Positions 17,493-24,092 of a stretch of 37,564 bases of DNA are shown piece after piece. The DNA lies in the IMG/VR virus record IMGVR_UViG_3300028031_000003, positions 1 to 37,564 of that record; one strand, 5' to 3'. This DNA is from a virus. Under the pieces are notes generated by a model. That model saw only the letters and a program-made list of their open reading frames with translations. It ran no database searches and was not told the origin of the DNA. A program made the translations under genes and the position numbers. The number at the start of each line of letters is the position of its first letter. Positions within the stretch are counted from its first letter, which is position 1.

Positions 17493-17912
17493 TCAAAATG
17501 GTATATCGTCCTCATAGCTATAATCTGTCGGTGCTGATTGATTCTGCGCCGGCTGCTTCTGGGTTTGTTGCTGTGATCTGCCGCCTAACAACTGCATTTC
17601 ATTAGCAATGATTTTAGTGGTATAACGATCATTGCCACTTTTGTCTTGCCATTTTTCTGTGCGCAGGCTACCTTCAATATATACCTGCTGACCTTTCTTC
17701 AGGTACTCACCGGCAATTTCACCCAAACGATTAAAGAAGGTAATGTTATGCCATTCGGTACGCTCTTGTTTTTCACCTGTTTTTTTGTCTTTCCAGCTCT
17801 CATTCGTTGCCACACTAATTGAGGTGACCGCGCCGCCAGAAGGCATATAACGGGTTTCAGGGTCTTTACCGCAAGTACCTACTAAAATTACTTTATTTAT
17901 GCCACGCGACAT
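17493..17912 (-). CDS. ssb: Single-stranded DNA-binding protein
   Basis: [88 protein letters not shown]..., a Q-rich linker, and the acidic tail DDIPF*. Confidence 0.97.
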   Translation of the reverse strand: MSRGINKVILVGTCGKDPETRYMPSGGAVTSISVATNESWKDKKTGEKQERTEWHNITFFNRLGEIAGEYLKKGQQVYIEGSLRTEKWQDKSGNDRYTTKIIANEMQLLGGRSQQQTQKQPAQNQSAPTDYSYEDDIPF

Positions 17913-17932
17913 ACCTAATTTTCCTTTTGTAT

Positions 17933-18325
17933 TTATTTTTTAAATAAATATTTGTTTGAGAAACCATCGCCATCGCCATCGCCAAAGCCAAAGCCAAAGC
18001 CAAAGCCATCGCCAAAGCCAAAGCCAAAGCCAAAGCCATCGCCATCGCCAAAGCCATCGCCAGAGCCAAAGCCATCGCCAAAGCCATCGCCAAAGCCATA
18101 TCCATGGCCAAAGCCAAAGCCAAAGCCAAAGCCAAAGCTAATTAAATTAGCCGCCTTTTTGACATAAATTTTATGCTCGACTGAACATAACCTTAAGACG
18201 GCTGATACTGGCATGAGTGTTTTTTTAATATTTTTTTCTACCATCCAGTCAAAAACACCATCTTCGCAAGCTCCCGCCTCGATCACATCCATGGCGGTGA
18301 TGTGTGTTTTTACGCTAATATCCAT
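17933..18325 (-). CDS. Protein with a globular N-domain and a (GF/GD)n dipeptide-repeat C-terminal tail
   Basis: The N-domain is [31 protein letters not shown].... From about residue 64 the sequence is [57 protein letters not shown], encoded by the hexamer microsatellite. Confidence 0.6.
   Translation of the reverse strand: MDISVKTHITAMDVIEAGACEDGVFDWMVEKNIKKTLMPVSAVLRLCSVEHKIYVKKAANLISFGFGFGFGFGHGYGFGDGFGDGFGSGDGFGDGDGFGFGFGFGDGFGFGFGFGDGDGDGFSNKYLFKK
17964..18138. repeat. Hexanucleotide microsatellite (gccaaa / gccatc units, about 29 units)
   Basis: Directly visible as ccatcgccatcgccatcgccaaagccaaagccaaagcc.... All reading frames stay open across it. Confidence 0.95.
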
Positions 18326-18588
18326 TTTTCCTCAGCCTCTTTTTCAACCAGAAAAACTGCGGTTATTTTATGTATGACTGGAATGTCCGCTTTTGCTCCG
18401 ATCAGGCTTTGATCGTTTGGCCCGATACTGGCAAGCTCGCAAATGCCCTTTTTGGTTGCCCACTTTATAGCCATCTTTGCATCTTTAAGGCCTAAAGTTT
18501 CCTTTGTTAAATCTTCGTTTTTATCAATGTATCCGAAAAAAACGCCGCGATGTTCTGTCGTGAAAATTACTGCTATTAAATTACTCAT
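18310..18588 (-). CDS. Conserved phage protein of unknown function (RGVFFGY motif)
   Basis: 92 aa, reading ...TTEHRGVFFGYIDKNEDL...AKMAIKWATKKGICELASIGPN... Confidence 0.5.
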   Translation of the reverse strand: MSNLIAVIFTTEHRGVFFGYIDKNEDLTKETLGLKDAKMAIKWATKKGICELASIGPNDQSLIGAKADIPVIHKITAVFLVEKEAEEKWILA

Positions 18589-18591
18589 TTT

Positions 18592-18852
18592 TTATTCCCC
18601 TATAGAAATTTCTTTAAATTGAATATTTTTTCTACATTTTTGCAAAGTATATCCTCTTGCGGCAAAAAACCACAAAACTCTGTCAATAGTATAAACATGA
18701 CCATCTACCCAATTAGGTGTGTGTTCCTGTCCTTCGTTTCCTTCCTGCAAATGATGCATTAATTTAAAAAACTTTTTTTGTTCATGAAAATCACGTAAAA
18801 ATTCAGGCAAATAATCGCCGCTTTCCAAATAATTATTTAGCTCTTCATCCAT
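18592..18852 (-). CDS. Hypothetical protein
   Basis: 86 aa, reading ...LPEFLRDFHEQKKFFKLMHH...WFFAARGYTLQKCRK... Confidence 0.5.
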   Translation of the reverse strand: MDEELNNYLESGDYLPEFLRDFHEQKKFFKLMHHLQEGNEGQEHTPNWVDGHVYTIDRVLWFFAARGYTLQKCRKNIQFKEISIGE

Positions 18853-18855
18853 ATC

Positions 18856-19578
18856 TTATTTTCCTGATTTAATTGTTTTAATTATAGCTCTGCCTATAAT
18901 TTCAGGTATTTGTGGAACAACAGCATTGCCTAGCGCCTTAGTTCTGTCCACCCTGCTGGGTACCCCATCAGTTCCTCTAATAACGCGGGGTTTGGGTATG
19001 TCGGATCGCTTGGCCCATCCCTTAATGCTTCTGTAAGATGACTTCTGTAGTGCTCCCCCCCCCAATACCTGTTTAATGGAGTGCCCCTGTATTCTGAGGC
19101 GGTTGGTGTGGGCAACAATCCATACCCTGTCTCGTCGGTGATCTGCACCGACGGCACAAGCTGGAATAACAAACGATTGCGCGGTGTACCCTTCATTTTC
19201 CAAATCAAGGAGCACGTCGTCGAGTGCCATTTTGATGAAGCCAGCAACGTTTTCACCAATGACCCAAGAAGGCTCGATTTCGCGTATAAGCCGAAGCATA
19301 TCCGGCCAGAGGTGGCGGTCATCTTCTTTGCCTTTTTGCTTCCCGGCAACACTAAATGGCTGGCAAGGGAATCCTCCGCAAATAAGGTCAACTGTTCCTT
19401 TGAGTTTTGTGCCATCTAATTTTCTCACGTCTCTATAATTTGGCACATCAGGCCAGTGTTTTTTAATTATCGCAGATGGATAGTCTTCGATTTCGCAAAA
19501 TCCTACGGTTTGCATTCCGGCCCTGCCTAACCCAAGAGAAAAGCCACCAATACCGCTAAATAAATCTAATACTTTCAT
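18856..19578 (-). CDS. dcm: DNA (cytosine-5)-methyltransferase, short form
   Basis: Motif I LDLFSGIGGFSLG, motif IV GGFPCQPFSVAG, motif VI VIGENVAGF, motif VIII QSFVIPACAVGADHRRDRVWIVA and motif X ALGNAVVPQ are present. Only about 60 aa separate motifs VIII and X. Confidence 0.9.
   Translation of the reverse strand: MKVLDLFSGIGGFSLGLGRAGMQTVGFCEIEDYPSAIIKKHWPDVPNYRDVRKLDGTKLKGTVDLICGGFPCQPFSVAGKQKGKEDDRHLWPDMLRLIREIEPSWVIGENVAGFIKMALDDVLLDLENEGYTAQSFVIPACAVGADHRRDRVWIVAHTNRLRIQGHSIKQVLGGGALQKSSYRSIKGWAKRSDIPKPRVIRGTDGVPSRVDRTKALGNAVVPQIPEIIGRAIIKTIKSGK
18930..19415 (-). CDS. 161-codon ORF embedded in the +1 frame of dcm (possible overprinted gene or alternative-frame TRD segment)
   Basis: The translation contains EDSLASHLVLPGSKKAKKMTATSGR, GLLPTPTASEY and NPALLEELMGYPAGWTEL. 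These resemble segments seen in large phage C5-MTases or MTase-associated proteins. Coding status is unproven. Confidence 0.3.
   Translation of the reverse strand: MAQNSKEQLTLFAEDSLASHLVLPGSKKAKKMTATSGRICFGLYAKSSLLGSLVKTLLASSKWHSTTCSLIWKMKGTPRNRLLFQLVPSVQITDETGYGLLPTPTASEYRGTPLNRYWGGEHYRSHLTEALRDGPSDPTYPNPALLEELMGYPAGWTELRR
19055..19063. repeat. C9 (G9 on the coding strand) homopolymer inside the dcm / embedded-ORF overlap
   Basis: The plus strand reads tgctCCCCCCCCCaatacc, the longest G/C homopolymer I noticed in the window. Confidence 0.95.
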
Positions 19579-19590
19579 CAACTTAACCTG

Positions 19591-20013
19591 TTATTTTTTT
19601 TTCATGCTATTTAAGTTTTCGTTATGAATTCTTTCGCCAATTTTAAATATTTTATCTTCCGAGACCGACATTTTTCTTGATGAATTCATTAGTTTATTCA
19701 CTAAATAAAAATTTAAGCATTCATCAAGTGCCTGATTTTTTAGACTGTCATCATTTTCTTGTTTTTTTACATCAGGTAACTGATTATAAAAAGCAGAAAA
19801 TAAAAACATTTTTCCTTTTCTCGTGATATATTTATTTGCATCAATTAATTTGAGATGCTTCATTATGAGAGTCAAGGTTCCACCACTTTTATACCCAGCT
19901 TGAGATTTTAAAACACCTTGTTCAAGCAACTTTCTATGATCTCTGGAGCCAAAATTCGAGTCGTCAAAAGCCTTTTTAATTTGTTCATCTAAAACATTTG
20001 TTTTTATACTCAT
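19591..20013 (-). CDS. Hypothetical protein
   Basis: 140-aa ORF. Confidence 0.5.
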   Translation of the reverse strand: MSIKTNVLDEQIKKAFDDSNFGSRDHRKLLEQGVLKSQAGYKSGGTLTLIMKHLKLIDANKYITRKGKMFLFSAFYNQLPDVKKQENDDSLKNQALDECLNFYLVNKLMNSSRKMSVSEDKIFKIGERIHNENLNSMKKK

Positions 20014-20016
20014 AAA

Positions 20017-20328
20017 TCACTCTCTGATTAAGCTTCCATTTAGTTCAATTCGATTTCTGTCTAAATCCCTAATTTCATCAATAACATCGCTTGCGTAGAA
20101 AACCTCCGCTTGAGAATAATTAGTTTTATATTCTCTATTTATAATTTCTTTTTTGTAAACTGCGGAATAATATTCGAATAGTAAGAAAGGATATGCGGAC
20201 AACATCATAAGTGCTAAAATAAGCACCACAAGCCAAAGCGTTTGTAGTTCGTAGTGCATCCGAAACTTTTCTTGTAAAAATATGGAAAAAATTATTAGCG
20301 TGATTATTGATATTAAAATTAAAATCAT
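20017..20328 (-). CDS. Small membrane protein (two TM segments)
   Basis: MILILISIITLIIFSIFLQEKF...LWLVVLILALMMLSAYPFLLF.... The longer ORF (to 20391) would run into the tRNA-Arg gene, so I use the start at 20328. Confidence 0.5.
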   Translation of the reverse strand: MILILISIITLIIFSIFLQEKFRMHYELQTLWLVVLILALMMLSAYPFLLFEYYSAVYKKEIINREYKTNYSQAEVFYASDVIDEIRDLDRNRIELNGSLIRE

Positions 20329-20357
20329 AAATTTTACCCCTCTTATCTTTTTAAAAA

Positions 20358-20434
20358 TGGCGCGCCTAGAGGGATTCGAACCCCCAGCCAATAGAGTAGA
20401 AATCTATTGCTTTATCCAATTAAGCTATAGGCGC
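20358..20434 (-). tRNA. tRNA-Arg (anticodon UCU), CCA encoded
   Basis: The reverse complement GCGCCTA-TA-GCTT-AATTGGATA-AAGC-A-ATAGA-TTTCTAC-TCTAT-TGGCT-GGGGG-TTCGAAT-CCCTC-TAGGCGC-G-CCA folds into a full cloverleaf of 77 nt. Confidence 0.9.
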
Positions 20435-20705
20435 ATACTTACCAAAGTATATAAAACCCTGATATCTCGCAATCCAAAGCGATCGCGATCAGGGGCGGTT
20501 TATTAACCTGCTGAAATTTTAAATTAGTTAGCTGCTTACGGCAGCAAGTCGGATGGTTCTTATGCCACAAAGTTGAACCTTCTAAAACAATCTGAGGCAG
20601 TTTTTTCACCTGCATGAAGTTAAATAGTCTGGCTATTGGGTACAGGGAGCCTTGTCACTTCTAATTTCCGTAAAACCTGTCACTCACTTACTCTATGCGC
20701 TATAA

Positions 20706-20734
20706 ATTATAGGTAACCCCCGAGCTTTTGTCGA
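20706..20734 (-). promoter_or_regulatory. Sigma-70-type promoter (TCGACA - 17 nt - TATAAT) reading toward the tRNA-Arg
   Basis: The reverse complement reads tcgacaaaagctcgggggttaccTATAAT, immediately downstream of the stop of gene 20748..21005. Confidence 0.6.
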
Positions 20735-20747
20735 CACAATTAATTAA

Positions 20748-21005
20748 TTAATTAGCACTAAAATCAACATAAAGATTATTCTTAAACATCCAGCGCTCAA
20801 GATATTTGTACTTATAATTTTTATTCAAGTAAGTTACCGTCCGTCGATAAGGGCAAACCATCAAACACTTTCCGTTTGTTAGCTTGACCCTTGCAAGCCA
20901 CTTTGACCCGAATAATCTGTACTCGTAAGGTATTTCGTGCTGTTTCATTCTTCTCAATTCATCTTCTATTTTTTCATTTGTCGATATTTTTATATCACTC
21001 TTCAT
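20748..21005 (-). CDS. Hypothetical protein
   Basis: MKSDIKISTNEKIEDELRRMKQHEIPYEYRLFGSKWLARV..., with GGTGA 4 nt upstream of ATG 21005. Confidence 0.5.
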   Translation of the reverse strand: MKSDIKISTNEKIEDELRRMKQHEIPYEYRLFGSKWLARVKLTNGKCLMVCPYRRTVTYLNKNYKYKYLERWMFKNNLYVDFSAN

Positions 21006-21342
21006 ATTTTTCACCAAGAAAATTACAAATTGCAATATTTATGCAGTCGTCTCTTTTTTCTGATTTATGCATATAAGTTACATTTTTCATATTAATCTTT
21101 TTATTAACAGATGACATCCAAAATGCGGAATATGATTCGGTTTCTTCATACATTTCAACGCTGATCTCAGCTTTTTCAATTAACTGGCTTTTCTGTTTTT
21201 CATCTAAAAAAACATTATACATGTGGGACAGATTGTCTTTTATTACAAAAAGATGGTCTGAATTTTTTAATTGCGGCCTGTCCGGCAAAACCTGATACCC
21301 CATAAACTCAGCGGCCTTAATTATTGCTTTTTTATTTCTCAT
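20995..21342 (-). CDS. Phage ABA-sandwich (NinX/DUF2591-like) protein, paralogue 2
   Basis: MRNKKAIIKAAEFMGYQV...MYNVFL...AICNFLGEKYEE shares N-terminal, central and C-terminal motifs with 16699..17010. Confidence 0.5.
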   Translation of the reverse strand: MRNKKAIIKAAEFMGYQVLPDRPQLKNSDHLFVIKDNLSHMYNVFLDEKQKSQLIEKAEISVEMYEETESYSAFWMSSVNKKINMKNVTYMHKSEKRDDCINIAICNFLGEKYEE

Positions 21343-21685
21343 ATTTACTTATAACCTGCTTGTCAATTAATTCAATTTTTTCAATCAGTTTATCGATGGT
21401 TTCGTTAACTATACCTATAGAATTTCTGTATGGCCCCTTTAAAGAAATCCTAGGATTTTCATACCTAAACTCATTCGCTAATTTTTCAGTTATTTCAGAT
21501 TTAAGAAACTTAATCAAGCTAATCGATTTTTGTTTTTCTTCTTTTATTACATTAGAAATTAAAATGATAACTTCTTGTTTACTAATATTGTCTTTGTTTT
21601 CAATATGTTGATTCATCTGAGTAAAAGTCTGATGAGCAGTTAGTTGGCCATTGGCCACTTTGTATTCAATTTCATCAATTTTCAT
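21332..21685 (-). CDS. Hypothetical coiled-coil protein
   Basis: 117-aa ORF. Confidence 0.5.
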   Translation of the reverse strand: MKIDEIEYKVANGQLTAHQTFTQMNQHIENKDNISKQEVIILISNVIKEEKQKSISLIKFLKSEITEKLANEFRYENPRISLKGPYRNSIGIVNETIDKLIEKIELIDKQVISKYEK

Positions 21686-21803
21686 TATCGTATTTCTCTA
21701 ATAGTTTGGATGCAGCAATAATCAGCTCTTGCGCAAGCTGATGTGACTCTGCTTTGTTAAGAATCTTACTAAAGCTTAACGTTTCTCCTGTCGAAATTAT
21801 CAC
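21675..21803 (-). CDS. Possible 42-aa ORF (GTG start), in frame with an upstream 15-codon ATG ORF across a single TAA
   Basis: VIISTGETLSFSKILNKAESHQLAQELIIAASKLLEKYDNEN*. The upstream piece MSFFKIQVNKLSAKC-TAA-N is in the same frame and starts at 21854. No clear RBS is present. Confidence 0.25.
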   Translation of the reverse strand: MIISTGETLSFSKILNKAESHQLAQELIIAASKLLEKYDNEN

Positions 21804-21853
21804 GTTTTAGCACTTAGCGCTTAATTTATTAACCTGAATTTTAAAGAAACTCA

Positions 21854-22276
21854 TTATTTAACTCCAATTTTTCTGAAATACTCATCTGGTAGCATGAATT
21901 TTATATTTAAATAATCACAAACTTCCATGGCTGCATCAATGAATAGTATTAAATCCTCTAAACTTGCCTTGCTAAGCGATTTAGGGCGCTTCTCGTCAAC
22001 TTCGTTTACCTTAACTACCTGATAATAGCCTAGCTTCAATTTTAGCCTGAACTTGAAGTCCTCCATGTCCTCACCAGTTTCCTTACAAATCATAGAAGCC
22101 AGTAAATGAAAATAAGAATTTTGCGGCAAGGTCTTTTTCATCTTTGCCTTTTCAAAAGTAACTTGAACTGGCTTTTTTATTTTTTTAAGCATATTTCGTA
22201 TGCTTCTGCCTAAACACTTCATATTTTTATCTTTGTCGGCCGGGTTTATGTAATACAATTTTTTCAAGAGTAGCAA
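21854..22276 (-). CDS. ninB: NinB/Orf-family recombination mediator
   Basis: KTLPQNSYFHLLASMICKETG and SLSKASLEDLILFIDAAMEVCDYLNIKF parallel lambda NinB RSLDQNRKLWACLGDVS and STSRMRVGEFAELLELIQAFGTERGVKW. Confidence 0.6.
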   Translation of the reverse strand: MLLLKKLYYINPADKDKNMKCLGRSIRNMLKKIKKPVQVTFEKAKMKKTLPQNSYFHLLASMICKETGEDMEDFKFRLKLKLGYYQVVKVNEVDEKRPKSLSKASLEDLILFIDAAMEVCDYLNIKFMLPDEYFRKIGVK

Positions 22277-22533
22277 GCCCTAACTTCGCCAAAATCAATA
22301 ATGTACACGTCTTTTCTTTGGTCTCCTTTTTTAGGCTGAGCACGCATGACAATCAAAGATTTTTCAGTTTTTTCCATTGAATTATATTCGTTATAATTTT
22401 TTGCCGCTTCTGCGAAGCCCTCGATTGTGTCACGAGTAAAAACCAAGTCATCAACGTCAACGTCAAGCCATTCATCAAGCTCTGAGAATTTTTCTGTTAT
22501 TTCTGAATCGGTTAGTTCAATTAGGTTTCTCAT
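22264..22533 (-). CDS. Acidic early protein (89 aa), first gene after promoter repeat copy 1
   Basis: MRNLIELTDSEITEKFSELDEWLDVDVDD.... The longer ORF (to 22680) would read through the promoter/UTR repeat, so I use the start at 22533. Confidence 0.55.
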   Translation of the reverse strand: MRNLIELTDSEITEKFSELDEWLDVDVDDLVFTRDTIEGFAEAAKNYNEYNSMEKTEKSLIVMRAQPKKGDQRKDVYIIDFGEVRACYS

Positions 22534-22542
22534 AATCTTTGC

Positions 22543-22604
22543 CCTGTTTGTTGTTTTGTTTAACTTGTAATAATTATACGGCCGTAATGTTGTTACGTCA
22601 ATAG
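22543..22604 (-). repeat. 62-bp exact repeat (promoter plus 5'UTR cassette), copy 1
   Basis: cctgtttgttgttttgtttaacttgtaataattatacggccgtaatgttgttacgtcaatag is identical to 24819..24880. Confidence 0.95.
22573..22601 (-). promoter_or_regulatory. Sigma-70-type promoter inside repeat copy 1 (TTGACG - 17 nt - TATAAT)
   Basis: The reverse complement reads TTGACGtaacaacattacggccgTATAAT, followed by the CA-rich leader ttacaagttaaacaaaacaacaaacaggg and ATG 22533. Confidence 0.7.
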
Positions 22605-22636
22605 GATAATTATTTCCTCTGACAAGCGGTAATAAT

Positions 22637-22813
22637 TTAATTTTCCTGAGCCAAGCAATACCCAAGCGCAACAAGCACATCTAGCTTAGCTTTAGCTAAT
22701 TTATAGTTTTGGTAATGTGTATCATTAACTTTTGAGCCATCTGGCCTGAAAATTCCGTAAACTTTTTTCTTGCTCGATGTGAATGTCCTTATTTGGTAAA
22801 TTTTCTTAGTCAT
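22637..22813 (-). CDS. Small basic hypothetical protein (58 aa)
   Basis: MTKKIYQIRTFTSSKKKVYGIFRPDGSKVNDTHYQNYKLAKAKLDVLVALGYCLAQEN. The start overlaps the upstream stop (TAATG). Confidence 0.45.
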   Translation of the reverse strand: MTKKIYQIRTFTSSKKKVYGIFRPDGSKVNDTHYQNYKLAKAKLDVLVALGYCLAQEN

Positions 22814-23025
22814 TAGTATCCCCATTTTTTATCAATTTCTCGTCTTGAAATCTCATGCCAAAGCATTAATTTATCATGCTTTGTTAGATTGCATTTTTTA
22901 AATCTATTAGGGAAAAAATCACATTCAGTATTTTTTTCGTTAACGCCAAACATTACAGTACATGAGGAACAGTGAACGCAATCAGCACATGTTTCGTTTT
23001 CTGGCAGCTTCATTTCATTACTCAC
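22813..23025 (-). CDS. Cysteine-rich (zinc-binding-like) small protein
   Basis: ETCADCVHCSSCTVMFG...ECDFFPNRFKKC. Confidence 0.5.
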   Translation of the reverse strand: MSNEMKLPENETCADCVHCSSCTVMFGVNEKNTECDFFPNRFKKCNLTKHDKLMLWHEISRREIDKKWGY

Positions 23026-23581
23026 TTTCTTTTCCTTTATTTAATTTTGCTCCTTTTCCAACAAGATACATGGCAAAATTAAAAGGTACATCTTGAGACC
23101 AAACCTCACTACCCTTAAGGTCTTCATCTTGATAATAATCATCATCAGTTATTTTTTGCCCATCTTTAAACATTTTTGCACTGAAATATACCTCCATGTT
23201 ATTTCGTCTTTTTGCTGTTAAAGTTATTTCATCACATACACCAAGTTTAAATTTTTCTCCGATAACTGACGTGAAAAAACCACTGTCATCAGTAACATCG
23301 GCAGAGGTTAAGGATATAACAGAATCTATACTCATCCTTACATCTAAATGGCAAAAAACACATATATTTATTTGATGTTCAATCAGCATCATTGCTTTAT
23401 GGTGGAGGACATACTCACCATTTTCCACCCTTTCCATCTGTGCATTAAAATGGTCATATCTATCAAGATCGCTGAGCATATTTAATTGACTATTTCTTTT
23501 GCGAAGCTTAAGTTCTAGTTGGTTAACAATTTTCCGCATTCTGTCAAGATCATCTTTTACAGTTTCGTATTCAACGAGCAT
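23018..23581 (-). CDS. Hypothetical protein (187 aa), first gene after the long leader
   Basis: The ORF has a GAGAG RBS upstream. Confidence 0.55.
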   Translation of the reverse strand: MLVEYETVKDDLDRMRKIVNQLELKLRKRNSQLNMLSDLDRYDHFNAQMERVENGEYVLHHKAMMLIEHQINICVFCHLDVRMSIDSVISLTSADVTDDSGFFTSVIGEKFKLGVCDEITLTAKRRNNMEVYFSAKMFKDGQKITDDDYYQDEDLKGSEVWSQDVPFNFAMYLVGKGAKLNKGKESE

Positions 23582-24019
23582 AATATTTCTCTCAATTTAT
23601 TTTAAAAATAGGTTGTCTAATGAGACCTTAAGGGACACCATGCATATCCACCTTAAGCTCTTCTGTTTATCTCTAATTATTAATTATCCATAATCAATTT
23701 ATATATATAATTATCAGGAACCATCAAGCATCCTGCTAAATTGGTCATAAATCCCATTTATGTCCACTTACACTGTTTTTCCGCCGGTCTCAAAGCGGTT
23801 ATATATAAATTATCCACTGCTTGTAAAAACTTGCTTTTTTGATTATCAGGCACAATAAAGCCTAAACTTTCAGTGAATCAGACTGATTAGTTAGATTTCT
23901 TGCAATGTTCAAACAGATTGGCTAAAATACTTATATTGGTTGCACAATGTGCGGTTGAATATGTAAATGCCTAAACTTTCTTACTGTTTGATCGGGCTGG
24001 TAACCTAACCAATGTTTAT

Positions 24020-24048
24020 ATAATATCTTGACATCCTAGGAACGTCAA
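24020..24048 (-). promoter_or_regulatory. Sigma-70-type promoter (TTGACG - 17 nt - TATTAT) overlapping an imperfect palindrome
   Basis: The reverse complement reads TTGACGttcctaggatgtcaagaTATTAT. On the plus strand, 24028..24048 is TTGAC-a-TCCTAGGA-ac-GTCAA. Confidence 0.55.
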
Positions 24049-24052
24049 GAGC

Positions 24053-24080
24053 AAAAAAGCCTCTTAATTGAGGCTTTTTT
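24053..24080. terminator. Bidirectional rho-independent terminator
   Basis: AAAAAAGCCTC-ttaatt-GAGGCTTTTTT, immediately downstream of the stop of gene 24093..24275. Confidence 0.8.
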
Positions 24081-24092
24081 GTGCACGATGAT

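Noticed and set aside
17893-18167. ORF-track entries 17893..18135 (-, MALALALAL...), 17952..18167 (+, [10 protein letters not shown]...) and 17956..18141 (+, HRHRQSQSQ...).
   Set aside because: All three are alternative-frame readings of the hexanucleotide microsatellite. They have no unique flanking sequence or RBS. Only the frame continuous with the N-terminal domain (17933..18325) is plausible.
19081-19438. Plus-strand ORFs 19081..19419 (112 aa) and 19184..19438 (84 aa), antisense to dcm.
   Set aside because: They lie in the locally GC-rich dcm segment, where stop codons are rare in most frames. They have no RBS, no recognisable motifs, and oppose the direction of the whole operon.
20329-20391. 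N-terminal extension of ORF 20017..20391 (MAGGSNPSRRAIFKKIRGVKF...).
   Set aside because: The extension is simply the tRNA-Arg gene read as protein (GGSNPS comes from the GGTTCGAATCC T-loop region). The start was trimmed to ATG 20328.
22534-22680. N-terminal extension of ORF 22264..22680 (MCLLRLGIAWLRKIKLLPLVRGNNYPIDVTTLRPYNYYKLNKTTNRAKI...).
   Set aside because: It reads straight through the duplicated promoter/leader cassette and overlaps the 3' end of gene 22637..22813. The same cassette precedes a different gene at 24810, which supports the ATG at 22533.
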